DNA from: an uncultured bacterium
Lineage (GTDB): Bacteria; Chlamydiota; Chlamydiia; Chlamydiales; SM23-39
Length of the DNA stretch: 64,000 bases
NCBI GenBank assembly: GCA_963716985.1
Contig: OY970323.1
Location: 864,001-928,000, forward strand
Reading direction: 5' to 3'
Positions 10,154-19,394 of this stretch are shown piece by piece. Every line of letters starts with the position of its first letter. The stretch's first letter is position 1. Under the pieces are notes generated by a model that searched no databases, was not told the DNA's origin, and was given only the letters and a program-made list of their open reading frames with translations. A program made the translations under genes and the position numbers.

Positions 10154-11872
10154 GTAAGTTCTCAAAAACCCTTGGTAAAGCATAACGCCTCAAGTAAACT
10201 TAAATTTTTATTTTGTCTTTAAGGCTATTTCCATATATGATTTCAGGAATGAAACTGCAAATTCCTGAAATTCCCGAGAATCTTGTTCTAGATCCAACCA
10301 TCAACAAGTTGGTCGAATTGCTTCAGGTTTGCCTTAGGATCATTCAGGAATTGACGGAAGAAAACGCTCATCTCAAAGATGAAATTGCAAAACTTAAAGG
10401 TCAAAAACCACGGCCAAAATTATCCCCTTCAAGAACAGCTGATGATGCAAAAAATAAGCCGCCTCCCAAAAACTCTGATATTCATCGTTCTTCTTCTCGC
10501 AGACAAAGAAAAAAAGAGCAAAAGACAGTTTTGCCCAACAATATTCCTGCCGGATCGATTTTTAAGGGCTATGATACCTACAACGTTCAAGATCTCCGCA
10601 TAGAGTCTCTTGAAATACAATTTCGCCTTGCGGTCTATTTGAGTCCTGACGGGTCACGTATTCGTGGAGAACTTCCCCCGGAATATCAACAAGGTCATTT
10701 TGGGGCGGAACTGATTGCTTATTGCCTTTCGCAATATCATCAATGCCATGTGACAGAGCCTCTTTTGTTAGAACAGCTTTATGAAATGGGAATCGACATT
10801 TCCCCGGCGCAACTCAGCAATATTCTGATTCAGAACAAAGAAAGCTTTCACCAAGAAAAAGAAGAGATTCTCAAAGCCGGCCTGGTTTTCAGTAAATTTC
10901 TTAATGCAGATGATACGGGTGCAAGACACGATGGGAAGAACGGATACTGCACAGCCATCGGCAGTCCTTTGTTTACCTACTTTGAAAGCACAGGTTCTAA
11001 AAGTCGAATCAATTTTTTAAAAATCTTGCAGGGCAAGGAAGAATTGTATGCTCTAACGGAAGAGGCCATAAATTATGCTTTCGAGCATGGGATTGGAGAA
11101 AAATCTCTCGCAGCTCTGGAGAAGCATAAAGGTAAACAATTTCAAGAAAGCGCTTTTTGGGAAAATTTTCTTAAAAAACAAAAAATCGAATCTGAAAAAG
11201 ATCGTAGAATTGCTACTGAAGCGGCTCTTTTAGGCGGGGCTTTGGAAAAAGGAGTCAACCCATTTCTGATTACGATAAGTGATGCTGCAAGACAGTTTGC
11301 AATTTTTCTAAATGGGCTTTGTTGGGTCCATGAAGAACGTCATTATCGAAAACTGATTCCTCTATCAGATGTTGAAAAAATAGAGCTTGAAATGGTTCGT
11401 TCAGATATTTGGGATTTTTATGAAGCGCTGAAAGAATACAAGAAAAAACCGACTCTTGTCCTGCAGAAAACTCTTGAAGATCGATTCGATCAGATTTTCG
11501 GCAAAGCATACAAAAGTGCAGCCATAAATTCACTTCTTGCGAATACCCGGTCAAGAAAAGACGGGCTCTTGCTCGTCCTTAAGTATCCATTTATTCCTCT
11601 TCATAACAATGACTGCGAAAGAGATATCCGTGAATATGCAAAGCGGAGAAAGATCTCTGGAGGCACACGAAGCGAAGCTGGCCGCAAAGCCAGAGACACT
11701 TTTGCAAGTCTCAAGAAAACCTGCATGAAATTAGGCATCAGTTTTTGTGACTATTTGAAAGACAGGCTTGTAAATGCAAAAAAAATTCCCCGGATGAAAG
11801 ATCTTATTGAACAAAAATCACAGGCATCGCCGGCAAGTTTTTAGTTTTTCCCAGACGTTTTTGAGAACTTAC
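10154..11872 (+). mobile_element. IS66-family single-ORF insertion sequence, 1719 bp
   Basis: Perfect 16-bp TIRs GTAAGTTCTCAAAAAC (10154-10169 and 11857-11872); 8-bp TSD GATAGCAG at 10146-10153 and 11873-11880. Confidence 0.95.
10213..11844 (+). CDS. IS66-family transposase
   Basis: N-terminal coiled coil, ADDTG, CWVHEER, HNNDCERDIR, RKISGG. The real start may be a downstream ATG. Confidence 0.9.
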   Translation: MSLRLFPYMISGMKLQIPEIPENLVLDPTINKLVELLQVCLRIIQELTEENAHLKDEIAKLKGQKPRPKLSPSRTADDAKNKPPPKNSDIHRSSSRRQRKKEQKTVLPNNIPAGSIFKGYDTYNVQDLRIESLEIQFRLAVYLSPDGSRIRGELPPEYQQGHFGAELIAYCLSQYHQCHVTEPLLLEQLYEMGIDISPAQLSNILIQNKESFHQEKEEILKAGLVFSKFLNADDTGARHDGKNGYCTAIGSPLFTYFESTGSKSRINFLKILQGKEELYALTEEAINYAFEHGIGEKSLAALEKHKGKQFQESAFWENFLKKQKIESEKDRRIATEAALLGGALEKGVNPFLITISDAARQFAIFLNGLCWVHEERHYRKLIPLSDVEKIELEMVRSDIWDFYEALKEYKKKPTLVLQKTLEDRFDQIFGKAYKSAAINSLLANTRSRKDGLLLVLKYPFIPLHNNDCERDIREYAKRRKISGGTRSEAGRKARDTFASLKKTCMKLGISFCDYLKDRLVNAKKIPRMKDLIEQKSQASPASF

Positions 11873-12672
11873 GATAGCAGGGGATGGGTGGCGTTCCTTT
11901 TCTTTGGTCCAGAAGTAAGGGGTCTCTAATTCATCTAGACAAAGTCCTTCGGCTATCTCTCCTGCAAGACGGGCAAAATGCATAATTGTTAGAAGCGCGT
12001 TTAGTTGCGCTTGACGTCGATTGGGATCGTAAGGTTTGATATGAGCCATTAACCCATCTTGATTTATCCATTGTCGCACTATTAACCCTTGCTCCATGTG
12101 ATGAGATATTTTTGACAGCCAGCCGTAAGTATACCCAAGTTCATGTGTAGGATAGCGCTTGGTGGCAAAAGTAACGGATTGAGATGCTTGATGCTTTCCA
12201 CCTTGAAGGGCGTTATATGCATTCTCGTTTTCTGAAGCATTCATAACAGCGCTTAAATCTTCCAAGATCATGCGAAGGTTGTTGAAAATAGTGCGCTCAT
12301 GCCCACGTTCTAAAGAATCTAAACAACAGCAACAATCAGATAATAAATTTCTGCTTATTAAAAGTAAGTTCATTATCTTTGTGTTGTCTCTTATAGATTG
12401 AACCTTTAGGCAATTATCGATTACTTGAGAGCTTACCTTCACGACTTCCCATGTTTTATTTAGGAGGTCTCCCAAATCTGCTTCTATTGACTTAGCATTA
12501 TTTTCCGCTATTTTCTTGAAACCGTTTCTCATTACGTTCATGAAGCACTCATTGGTTTTACATTAGGCGGTGCCACGATGATAGCTTCTAAGACGTAAGA
12601 TGCGCAAACAGCTAATTTCTCTGATATCAGGTCTTTCAAGGAGCTCTATGGGCTGATCGTCTCTGACAAAAT

Positions 12673-13698
12673 CTATAGTTGGATTTTGAAGATCGGCTCA
12701 AAGATCTCTTGAAAGACATGTGTTTTGGGGTCTAGTTGGTAGAGTTTTCCCGGGCGTTTCGCAATCGTCTTCTGCAAGCTCGTCTCGATATTTGTAATCG
12801 AGCCTAGAATCAATGCATTACGCTTTTCAAAAGCCTGTTGATCATGAGGCGGATAAGCCACCGCGCGAATGGGGCGTAGCTCTTCATCTACTTTTCTTCC
12901 CATAATCAAATAGGTATGCATCTCGGTATCAGCCATGTCCTCAAACTCTTTGAAATGCGAATGGAATTCCATGTCATAGTAGCCAGCTTGATCGTCAATG
13001 ATTTTGCCTAAGGGAAGCTCTACGCCATCTTCCCAAAATTGGAGCCAGAAACCCAGTTGTCTTTGTCTAATTAGCTTGAGAGAAAGTCCTATTGGGTTAA
13101 TGCCACAAAATGTGTCCCATGACAAATATCTAGTTGCGTATTTTACAAAGCCGACAAAGTCCGTCCTCATGCAGTCGATGATGTCACCGAATAAGACCTT
13201 TTGTAGCTCTTGCGCGCCCTTAAAAGAAGAAGCTCGCTTCTCTCGGTTAGTCACCAAGTCCTCGAAGGTCGTCTGCAAGGTATGTATTTGCTCTGCTATG
13301 TGGGCATCAATCGCACTGGCAATACTACCGAGATTTTCGTCTATTAGGGCTATCGCCTCGGCGTTGATTGTCGCTGGGATATCGGGATCCACTTTTGCCA
13401 ATTCTACGTGGTGATCGAAAGTTGGTTTTTTCAGCTCTGTCGGAATTTTCAACTTCTTCTTTGTAAACCCAATGTATTCGAAGAAGAGATAACAGGACTG
13501 AACCGGTCGGAATCTTCGTCCAAATGTTTTTATAAACGGATCGTGTAGATCGTTCCAAATTTGCGGAATCTCCATTAACGATCTAACCACAGGATTATCA
13601 AAATAAAGCAATTCCACTACATATTCCCTAGAGAAAAAGTGAAATTTTACACCGACGCCATTTTTCGTTCCAACAGTCCTGCGATAGAATTCAAACAT
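12673..13698 (-). CDS. Hypothetical protein
   Basis: 341 aa ORF divergent from the integrase; no motif recognised. Confidence 0.7.
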   Translation of the reverse strand: MFEFYRRTVGTKNGVGVKFHFFSREYVVELLYFDNPVVRSLMEIPQIWNDLHDPFIKTFGRRFRPVQSCYLFFEYIGFTKKKLKIPTELKKPTFDHHVELAKVDPDIPATINAEAIALIDENLGSIASAIDAHIAEQIHTLQTTFEDLVTNREKRASSFKGAQELQKVLFGDIIDCMRTDFVGFVKYATRYLSWDTFCGINPIGLSLKLIRQRQLGFWLQFWEDGVELPLGKIIDDQAGYYDMEFHSHFKEFEDMADTEMHTYLIMGRKVDEELRPIRAVAYPPHDQQAFEKRNALILGSITNIETSLQKTIAKRPGKLYQLDPKTHVFQEIFEPIFKIQL

Positions 13699-13735
13699 TT
13701 ACAACTAATCTCGTGCTATAACAATAGGAGGAAGC

Positions 13736-14881
13736 ATGGAAAAGATGGAAATGTCAGCAGACTTAAAAGCTGATGATTTGAGAGGAATCACGATGCGCAC
13801 GCATAGGCATTGTCAGTCCTATCGGGTTCGCATTCGTATGAAAGGCGGGCAATATTTCGATAGATCGTTTAAATCGAAGACCCTGGCTAAAAAATGGAAG
13901 AGGGATATGGAATCGGCTATAGAGCACGATCGGTATGAATTCACCAACCCAGCAACGAAGCATACGCTTGCAGAGTTGATCGATCTTTACATAGAAAGAG
14001 TGCTCCCCTCCAAGCCCAAAAATGCGAAGAATACTCGGAGACATCTGATTTGGTGGAAGCAGGAGCTTGGCCATCTTCTTTTGGCTCAAATCCGGCCGAG
14101 TTTGATTGCGGAAAAGAGGGATGATTTGCTTGCGGGATTTGTGAAAAACGGCAAGCTGCGCTCTGCTTCGACCGTCGTCCGCTATTTGAGCAGCCTTTCC
14201 CACGTTTTTTCAAAAGCTGTCAAAGAGTGGGAATGGGTGAGAGAGAATCCAGTCCTCAAGATTGAAAAACCAAAGCAGTCGCAGGGACGTAGGAGGGTTT
14301 TAGATGAAGCAGAGCAAAAAAACCTTCTGAAAGCATGTGAGGAGAGTGGGTCAAAGGATCTGTTCTTGATCGTTGCGATGGCTCTTGGGACAGGGATGCG
14401 CAAAGGAGAGATCATGGGTTTGCGCTGGAAGAATTTGAATTTGCATCTTGCTGCAGAGAAAGGGATTATTTTTCTCGAGAACACAAAAAATGGAAAGCCA
14501 CGGCCAATTCTTGTCACTGGGCTATTGTTGAATCTTTTGCGAGAGCGGTGCGCAAATCAGCGGGATGACGCTCTGGTTTTCCCTTCTCCCAATTGTCCAA
14601 GCAGACCTGTCGATATTCGATCAGCGTGGGAATGCGCCTTAAAAAACGCGGGCATCGAGGGCTTTGTATTTCATGGATTGCGTCACCAGACAGCTTCTTA
14701 TGCGGCTACGATCGAAGATAATCCGCTTGTGATCGGAGAGCTGCTTGGCCACGAAACGCTTCAAATGACGAAACATTACGTCCACCTTCCCAGCAGCCAC
14801 ATGCATGCAATGGTAGAGACTCTTCAGGCCAAAATTTTTCAAAATTATCGGGAGGGAAAAAATGAACAGCTTAGAAAATGA
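13736..14881 (+). CDS. int: Tyrosine recombinase/integrase
   Basis: MRKGE, TKNG, HGLRH, LLGH and HY catalytic motifs. Confidence 0.95.
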   Translation: MEKMEMSADLKADDLRGITMRTHRHCQSYRVRIRMKGGQYFDRSFKSKTLAKKWKRDMESAIEHDRYEFTNPATKHTLAELIDLYIERVLPSKPKNAKNTRRHLIWWKQELGHLLLAQIRPSLIAEKRDDLLAGFVKNGKLRSASTVVRYLSSLSHVFSKAVKEWEWVRENPVLKIEKPKQSQGRRRVLDEAEQKNLLKACEESGSKDLFLIVAMALGTGMRKGEIMGLRWKNLNLHLAAEKGIIFLENTKNGKPRPILVTGLLLNLLRERCANQRDDALVFPSPNCPSRPVDIRSAWECALKNAGIEGFVFHGLRHQTASYAATIEDNPLVIGELLGHETLQMTKHYVHLPSSHMHAMVETLQAKIFQNYREGKNEQLRK

Positions 14882-15590
14882 TGATTTTTCCGTTCGCACG
14901 CTTTGGCGACCCGAATTGTTGACCAGTGAAGAGCTGCAGGCGAGTCTGAAAGATGATTATTGGACGGCAAGAATCGCCGCCTGTCGAGCTTTGGGCATGA
15001 AAACTCCCGATGTGGGTAGCCTTGAAGAGGAGAAACGGCTTTGCCCAGATTTTGAGAAATACCACGCACTTTTTGAATCTTGCTTTGAAAACAAGAAGAT
15101 AGCGGTCCAGTGCCATTGCTTGGAACAGGGCAAAATGGTCTGTGCCGCAATGCCTGTTGATTGGCTCAAACTCATTCACAAAGGTCGGCTGACCGACGAT
15201 GGAATTGAGGACAAGGATGTGAAGAAAGCGGGGCTTTACATTTCTCCGGAGCTTACTGCTGCATGGCTTCTAATCGAAGGGAAGGCTTGCTTATCGAAAA
15301 GGCGCCCAGCTCATGAGCGAGAAGATATGGTTTTCATATGGAAAGCGGCGAGAAAAGTCCGAAAGAATTTCCCTCATCTACCTCCTCGCATGATTGCGCA
15401 GATCGTTCATCATCACACCTTGAAGCAAAGAAAATACCCTTTCAAGACGGTCTATGGTTGGGTCATTGCTTCCTTTACTCCCATGAATGAATGGTCAGCT
15501 CGAAAAAGGCGCGATCAAAATGGTCGTCCGAAAAAAGGGAGCTATCCCAAGATTACATTCGATTTCTCCTCCTATTTCTCAGATCTCTAA
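14862..15590 (+). CDS. Hypothetical protein with a possible C-terminal HTH
   Basis: 242 aa, overlaps int, conserved intact in copy 2. Confidence 0.7.
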   Translation: MNSLENDDFSVRTLWRPELLTSEELQASLKDDYWTARIAACRALGMKTPDVGSLEEEKRLCPDFEKYHALFESCFENKKIAVQCHCLEQGKMVCAAMPVDWLKLIHKGRLTDDGIEDKDVKKAGLYISPELTAAWLLIEGKACLSKRRPAHEREDMVFIWKAARKVRKNFPHLPPRMIAQIVHHHTLKQRKYPFKTVYGWVIASFTPMNEWSARKRRDQNGRPKKGSYPKITFDFSSYFSDL

Positions 15591-15706
15591 TTCGCATTCA
15601 AGCACTGCTTTTAAAATTTGTGACCGAAGACATTTTTAATGGCGATGCTTTGCCATAAAATACGGCTATTTAATTCAAACTGCGAGCAATGCAGAAGGAG
15701 GATAAC

Positions 15707-16006
15707 ATGAGAAACGATAGACAAGATTCTAAAAAGAGCACTGAGGGAATGGGGGATGAATCAAAGCAAACACGGTTCATTCCTGTCTCGAAATGGAATG
15801 AATTTCACGAATGGCCACCCGTCGGAGGGATGCGCCATCTGATCTTTTTCCGCAATGACAATGGGTTTGCCAAAGTCTTAAAGCGGCCCAATAGGACATG
15901 GCTGGTCGATGAAAGGGCTTTCTTCAAATGGGTCTCAGAAAGGAAATATAAACCTCGCAAAAAAGAGCTGCAGGATATTGCTATCACAAAAATAGCATCT
16001 GAATAG
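15707..16006 (+). CDS. Small DNA-binding protein, excisionase-like
   Basis: 99 aa after a GAAGGAGG RBS; WPPVGGMRHLIF..WLVDERAFFKWV; lies between int and rep. Confidence 0.55.
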   Translation: MRNDRQDSKKSTEGMGDESKQTRFIPVSKWNEFHEWPPVGGMRHLIFFRNDNGFAKVLKRPNRTWLVDERAFFKWVSERKYKPRKKELQDIAITKIASE

Positions 16007-16014
16007 GTCGTAAG

Positions 16015-16374
16015 ATGCCGAAGACTGGATTCATAAAGCTTCATCGCGAAGGGCTTGAGTTACTAGAAGCTAGCCCCTCAGCATTCTTGCTCTTGGCTCT
16101 GATTGCCTTCCGCGCTAGGCGAACAGGGTCAACGTATTCAACGCATAAGCTGAAGATGAATGAAGCAGTCATCGGAGATCATGAGACGATCGGTTTGACC
16201 AGGCAGCAGTATAGAGGTGCTATGGAGAAGCTGGAAAAATATGGGCTCGCGGTTTTCAAAAGAGATAAGAGAGGAACGATTGCGACTCTGACCAGTACGG
16301 CCATCTTCGATATCAATGCTGAATCAGAGGGGGGTGTCGCAACGAGGATCGCTGAAATAGAACGAGTTAAATAA
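16015..16374 (+). pseudogene. Truncated replication-initiator-like gene
   Basis: First ~105 codons match 46568-47614, then unrelated sequence and a stop just before the att core. Confidence 0.85.
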
Positions 16375-16375
16375 A

Positions 16376-16422
16376 TGGGGCAACCAGGACTTGAACCTGG
16401 GACCGACGGGTTATGAGTCCGC
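16376..16422 (-). other. att core: 3' half of tRNA(CAT; Met/Ile2)
   Basis: Reverse strand GCGGACTCATAACCCGTCGGTCCCAGGTTCAAGTCCTGGTTGCCCCA has the anticodon loop, T arm and 3' acceptor strand; no 5' half. Confidence 0.9.
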
Positions 16423-16528
16423 TGCACCCGCACCACTTCCCAGCAGCTAACTACTCAGAATCATAGCGGAAAGCATCCCTTTCCATCCATCGCGAACTAT
16501 CGTGATTTGTTGCTCTTTTTTGTATGCC

Positions 16529-16553
16529 AGTGGTCCACAAATGGTCCACGGAT
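16529..16553. repeat. Putative integrase arm-binding sites (TGGTCCAC x2)
   Basis: AGTGGTCCACAAATGGTCCACGGAT, 24/25 identical to 58754-58778. Confidence 0.7.
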
Positions 16554-17223
16554 TAATCTATGTACTCAAGATACCTTTTGGATCTAGCGATGAATAAAAG
16601 GTTCATATCGGACGCTCCTTTCTCTCATGCGAATCTATAGATTAAGAATTGCAGTTGCTGAGTATGTGAGTGTTGATTAGGTTTGATCTTTCGTGCTGAT
16701 AAAAAGGTAGGCGATTCCTTTGTAGATTTCATAGCGTTGTACGTTGTGTAGATGATCAGGAATGGACGGTATGGGTTTGCGAACCCCGGGATTGAGAAGA
16801 GGAAGTAGAAGACGTCCTATAGGATGATGAAAATTTTCGCTCATGTGCTCATCCCCCCAAGCAATAATACCGCCTTTACGAGTCACTCTCACAAATTCTC
16901 TCAACGCAATATCTGGATGACTGAACCTGTTGATTCCTCCCATGTGAAATAGTGCGTCGAAAGATTCATCAGCAAAGGGAAGATATTCGGCATTTGCCTG
17001 AATGAGAGGTATGTTTAGATCACCATGCTGCTTTCGGCATTGTTGCAACATGCACATGGAAAGATCGGCCGATAGGATTTGCGCCTCTTTCCCGAGTGCC
17101 TCGCGTAAGAGGGGCTGAAATACGCCGGATCCGGGAGAGACTTCAAGCAGCCGAATTCCCGGCTTTAGATTTAGTAGGGACATGATGTTTTTCCGTTCGC
17201 GCTGCATGTGAATGCCCGCTAGC

Positions 17224-19198
17224 CCGACTTTCCTAGTTACGAAATACAAAAATGAAAACATTCCCCCACAACTATGTTTGGGTCAATTTTTTTTGCGATA
17301 CGCTGTCACCCTAAAACAGTTGAGCCTTATCTTGCAGCCTGAGGATGTTTACCAGCTTTTGCTGGATTCCTGACATCCTTGTAAGCGTTGTCTCTGTTTT
17401 ATCTTTGGTTCCTTTGTGTTTGGCTAATTCGTAAGTATTTACAACCTCATTGATTCTTCCCAGCTCAGTCTCCAGCCGTTTGTATGATATATTGATTCCG
17501 GCTGCTGCAACTCTTCGCTGTAGCGTTTGCCGAAGAAGTAGCGCAATGGAACAGTATAAGGCGTGCACCTTAATATGAGCGTCTATCCAGTGATAAAGCG
17601 GCCACCAGGTCCCGGTAGCGCGATCCTTGGTTTTCTTGAATATGCCTTCCACCAAGTATTGGCTGCGATAAGCTTTGATAATCCTATCTGTATCCCATTC
17701 GTGCCTTGTCGTTACGATAATAGTCTTACCAAGATAAGTATCCTCCAGCTTTGCGAGGGCCTCTCTATCAATATGATATTGCAAAAATGGCACTCCTGTC
17801 GTGTCATCTAACGTTACCTCAGTTACTATTACACGGGAAAGAAACTGTCTGTGCAGTTTGTCCTTGCACTGATTCTCGATACTGGTCTTGGTGGGCTTTT
17901 TTCCCTTCGTCACGAGGCCATTCCGCCGATCATTCAATTTCTTTTGCAACTCTTGCAGCCCATCTATAGCGTGCGTGATATCGTTTTGTAATGTTTTGCG
18001 CTGAGTATCAAATAATTCCGGATTGTAGGTGGTTATTGTGGTGAGAAGTATGCCGCTCACGCGCTTCTTCTTTCGTAGGGCTTTGTTTCCAAGAAGATCT
18101 TTGTCCTGACAGGGTCGCAATACTCCGCTACTGTTAGAGATAGCGGCTAACTCTGTGTGCTCGCCAAGCTTGACCGAACCTACAAAATGAAGCTTCGCCA
18201 ATTTCAAGAGTTTAAAGTTGTCTTTCGAATTATTTCCCTTGTCAAAGATTATCGTTACTTCCGGCTTGCGTGACACTCCAAAGGTGATTTTCAGGAACTT
18301 GTCGAATCTACCAATAACATCCAGAAACTCCTTAGCGTCGTTCCGGTTACCCTCATATACATCATAGTAAAGAGGTATTTGACCGTCGGCGGCGCAAAAG
18401 AGTGAATAGCTGACCTGGCGTAGATTGTCCTGGCCCTGCTTATTCTTGCCTCGCTTGGCAATAGAGCATCGTTCATTGAATGTGTCGATAAAAGTATAGT
18501 AGTTGGTGCCGTCATAAGAAATTGATGCCGGATCGATGTTTTCTCTGGTAATGACACCCTTAAGAATGGTCGTCCAGATCTGTAGGCATTCTTCGTGACC
18601 AAACCGTCGCATATGATCCCAGAATCTCTGAGAACAGAGGCTATCGGCAGAAGCTTGGGGAACATATCGCACAAGTGCAGTTTCACGGAACCACTGCCAC
18701 ATTGAATTTTTGCTGCTGGCCTGAATCGCTCTATTGAGTGCTGCAATGAGTATATACTGTCCAATCGTCAGTCCTTGTGATCGTTTCATGCAAATATTAT
18801 CGATAATCGCAATGACCTCGGCCCGTCGAGCTTCAAGCCACAGAGCGGTTATAATGCCCCACTGGAATACCTGTGCAAACAATGGCTTGCGTCCCGAGCC
18901 CTCCACCGCTCTTAGAATATCCTCTGCCTTCCCTAAATACTTTTGCCACACCCGACGTGGCTTCCCATCAACTCTACGCCATTCGCAGGCGTAATAGTAC
19001 TTATGACCATTTATTACCTTAGCTTCCACCTGAGCCATACGACTCCTATTCTTATAGGATTTCTATTTTAGGGGGACACCATACTGGAAAGTCAAGGTAA
19101 AAAATTTAGGGTGACAATATTAGTCGCAAAAAAATGCCCTCAGATAATCCTGTAAGGGCAAATTAGGATGAATGAGTTTGTCTAACTAGGAAAGTCGG
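17224..19198 (-). mobile_element. IS1634-family insertion sequence
   Basis: Perfect TIRs CCGACTTTCCTAGTTA (17224-17239 and 19183-19198). Duplicated GCTAGC at 17218-17223 and 19199-19204; the target is palindromic, so a 4-bp CTAG TSD is also possible. Confidence 0.9.
17311..19038 (-). CDS. IS1634-family transposase
   Basis: YYYACEWRRVDGKPR..QKYLG, YDGTN, RGKNKQ, GNRND, IFDKG, YRSQYLVEGIFK. Confidence 0.9.
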   Translation of the reverse strand: MAQVEAKVINGHKYYYACEWRRVDGKPRRVWQKYLGKAEDILRAVEGSGRKPLFAQVFQWGIITALWLEARRAEVIAIIDNICMKRSQGLTIGQYILIAALNRAIQASSKNSMWQWFRETALVRYVPQASADSLCSQRFWDHMRRFGHEECLQIWTTILKGVITRENIDPASISYDGTNYYTFIDTFNERCSIAKRGKNKQGQDNLRQVSYSLFCAADGQIPLYYDVYEGNRNDAKEFLDVIGRFDKFLKITFGVSRKPEVTIIFDKGNNSKDNFKLLKLAKLHFVGSVKLGEHTELAAISNSSGVLRPCQDKDLLGNKALRKKKRVSGILLTTITTYNPELFDTQRKTLQNDITHAIDGLQELQKKLNDRRNGLVTKGKKPTKTSIENQCKDKLHRQFLSRVIVTEVTLDDTTGVPFLQYHIDREALAKLEDTYLGKTIIVTTRHEWDTDRIIKAYRSQYLVEGIFKKTKDRATGTWWPLYHWIDAHIKVHALYCSIALLLRQTLQRRVAAAGINISYKRLETELGRINEVVNTYELAKHKGTKDKTETTLTRMSGIQQKLVNILRLQDKAQLF

Positions 19199-19394
19199 GC
19201 TAGCAGATAGCCAAAAATACTCTCGGCAATGTGGTATAGCGGTGCGATGCGGTCGTATACTCGATTCATTTTCAGGTTCTCTCCTGTAAGCGTAGGCGGA
19301 TATACAAGAGAGAGAATCTGATTTTGGGCTACATCGGGGATTTTTGCTTTAGTTGCAGGATCGCGAAGAATGTCTATCAGCCAACTTGGGTACA

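Larger units (their letters stand above)
10089..12541 (-). pseudogene. HEPN-like (DUF5677-like) gene with its 3' end displaced by IS66
   Basis: ORF 11804-12541 reads into the IS. Removing the IS restores a 241 aa ORF ending PAINIVVSEVAEKIDRMMHPS* at 10089. Motifs LRMILE and YGWLSKISH. Confidence 0.6.
13638..16330 (+). repeat. Copy 1 of a ~2.7 kb direct repeat (int-hyp-xis-rep 5' module)
   Basis: Near-identical to 44192-46883; identity ends abruptly after GAATCAGAGG. Confidence 0.95.

Noticed and set aside
16331..16375. GGGGTGTCGCAA as a transposon end explaining the rep truncation
   Set aside because: No partner inverted repeat or TSD was found in the window.
16179..16436. Small ORFs sharing RTHNPSVPGSSPGCP (also 58732-58926)
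   Set aside because: These are translations of the duplicated tRNA fragment.
16376..16460. Complete tRNA genes here or at 58857-58940
   Set aside because: No D arm or 5' acceptor strand precedes the anticodon arm; these are att fragments only.
16677..17261. Independent 194 aa methyltransferase and 70 aa ORF (19186-19398)
   Set aside because: They are two halves of one IS-split gene; the 194 aa start lies inside the IS, although a chimeric product cannot be excluded.
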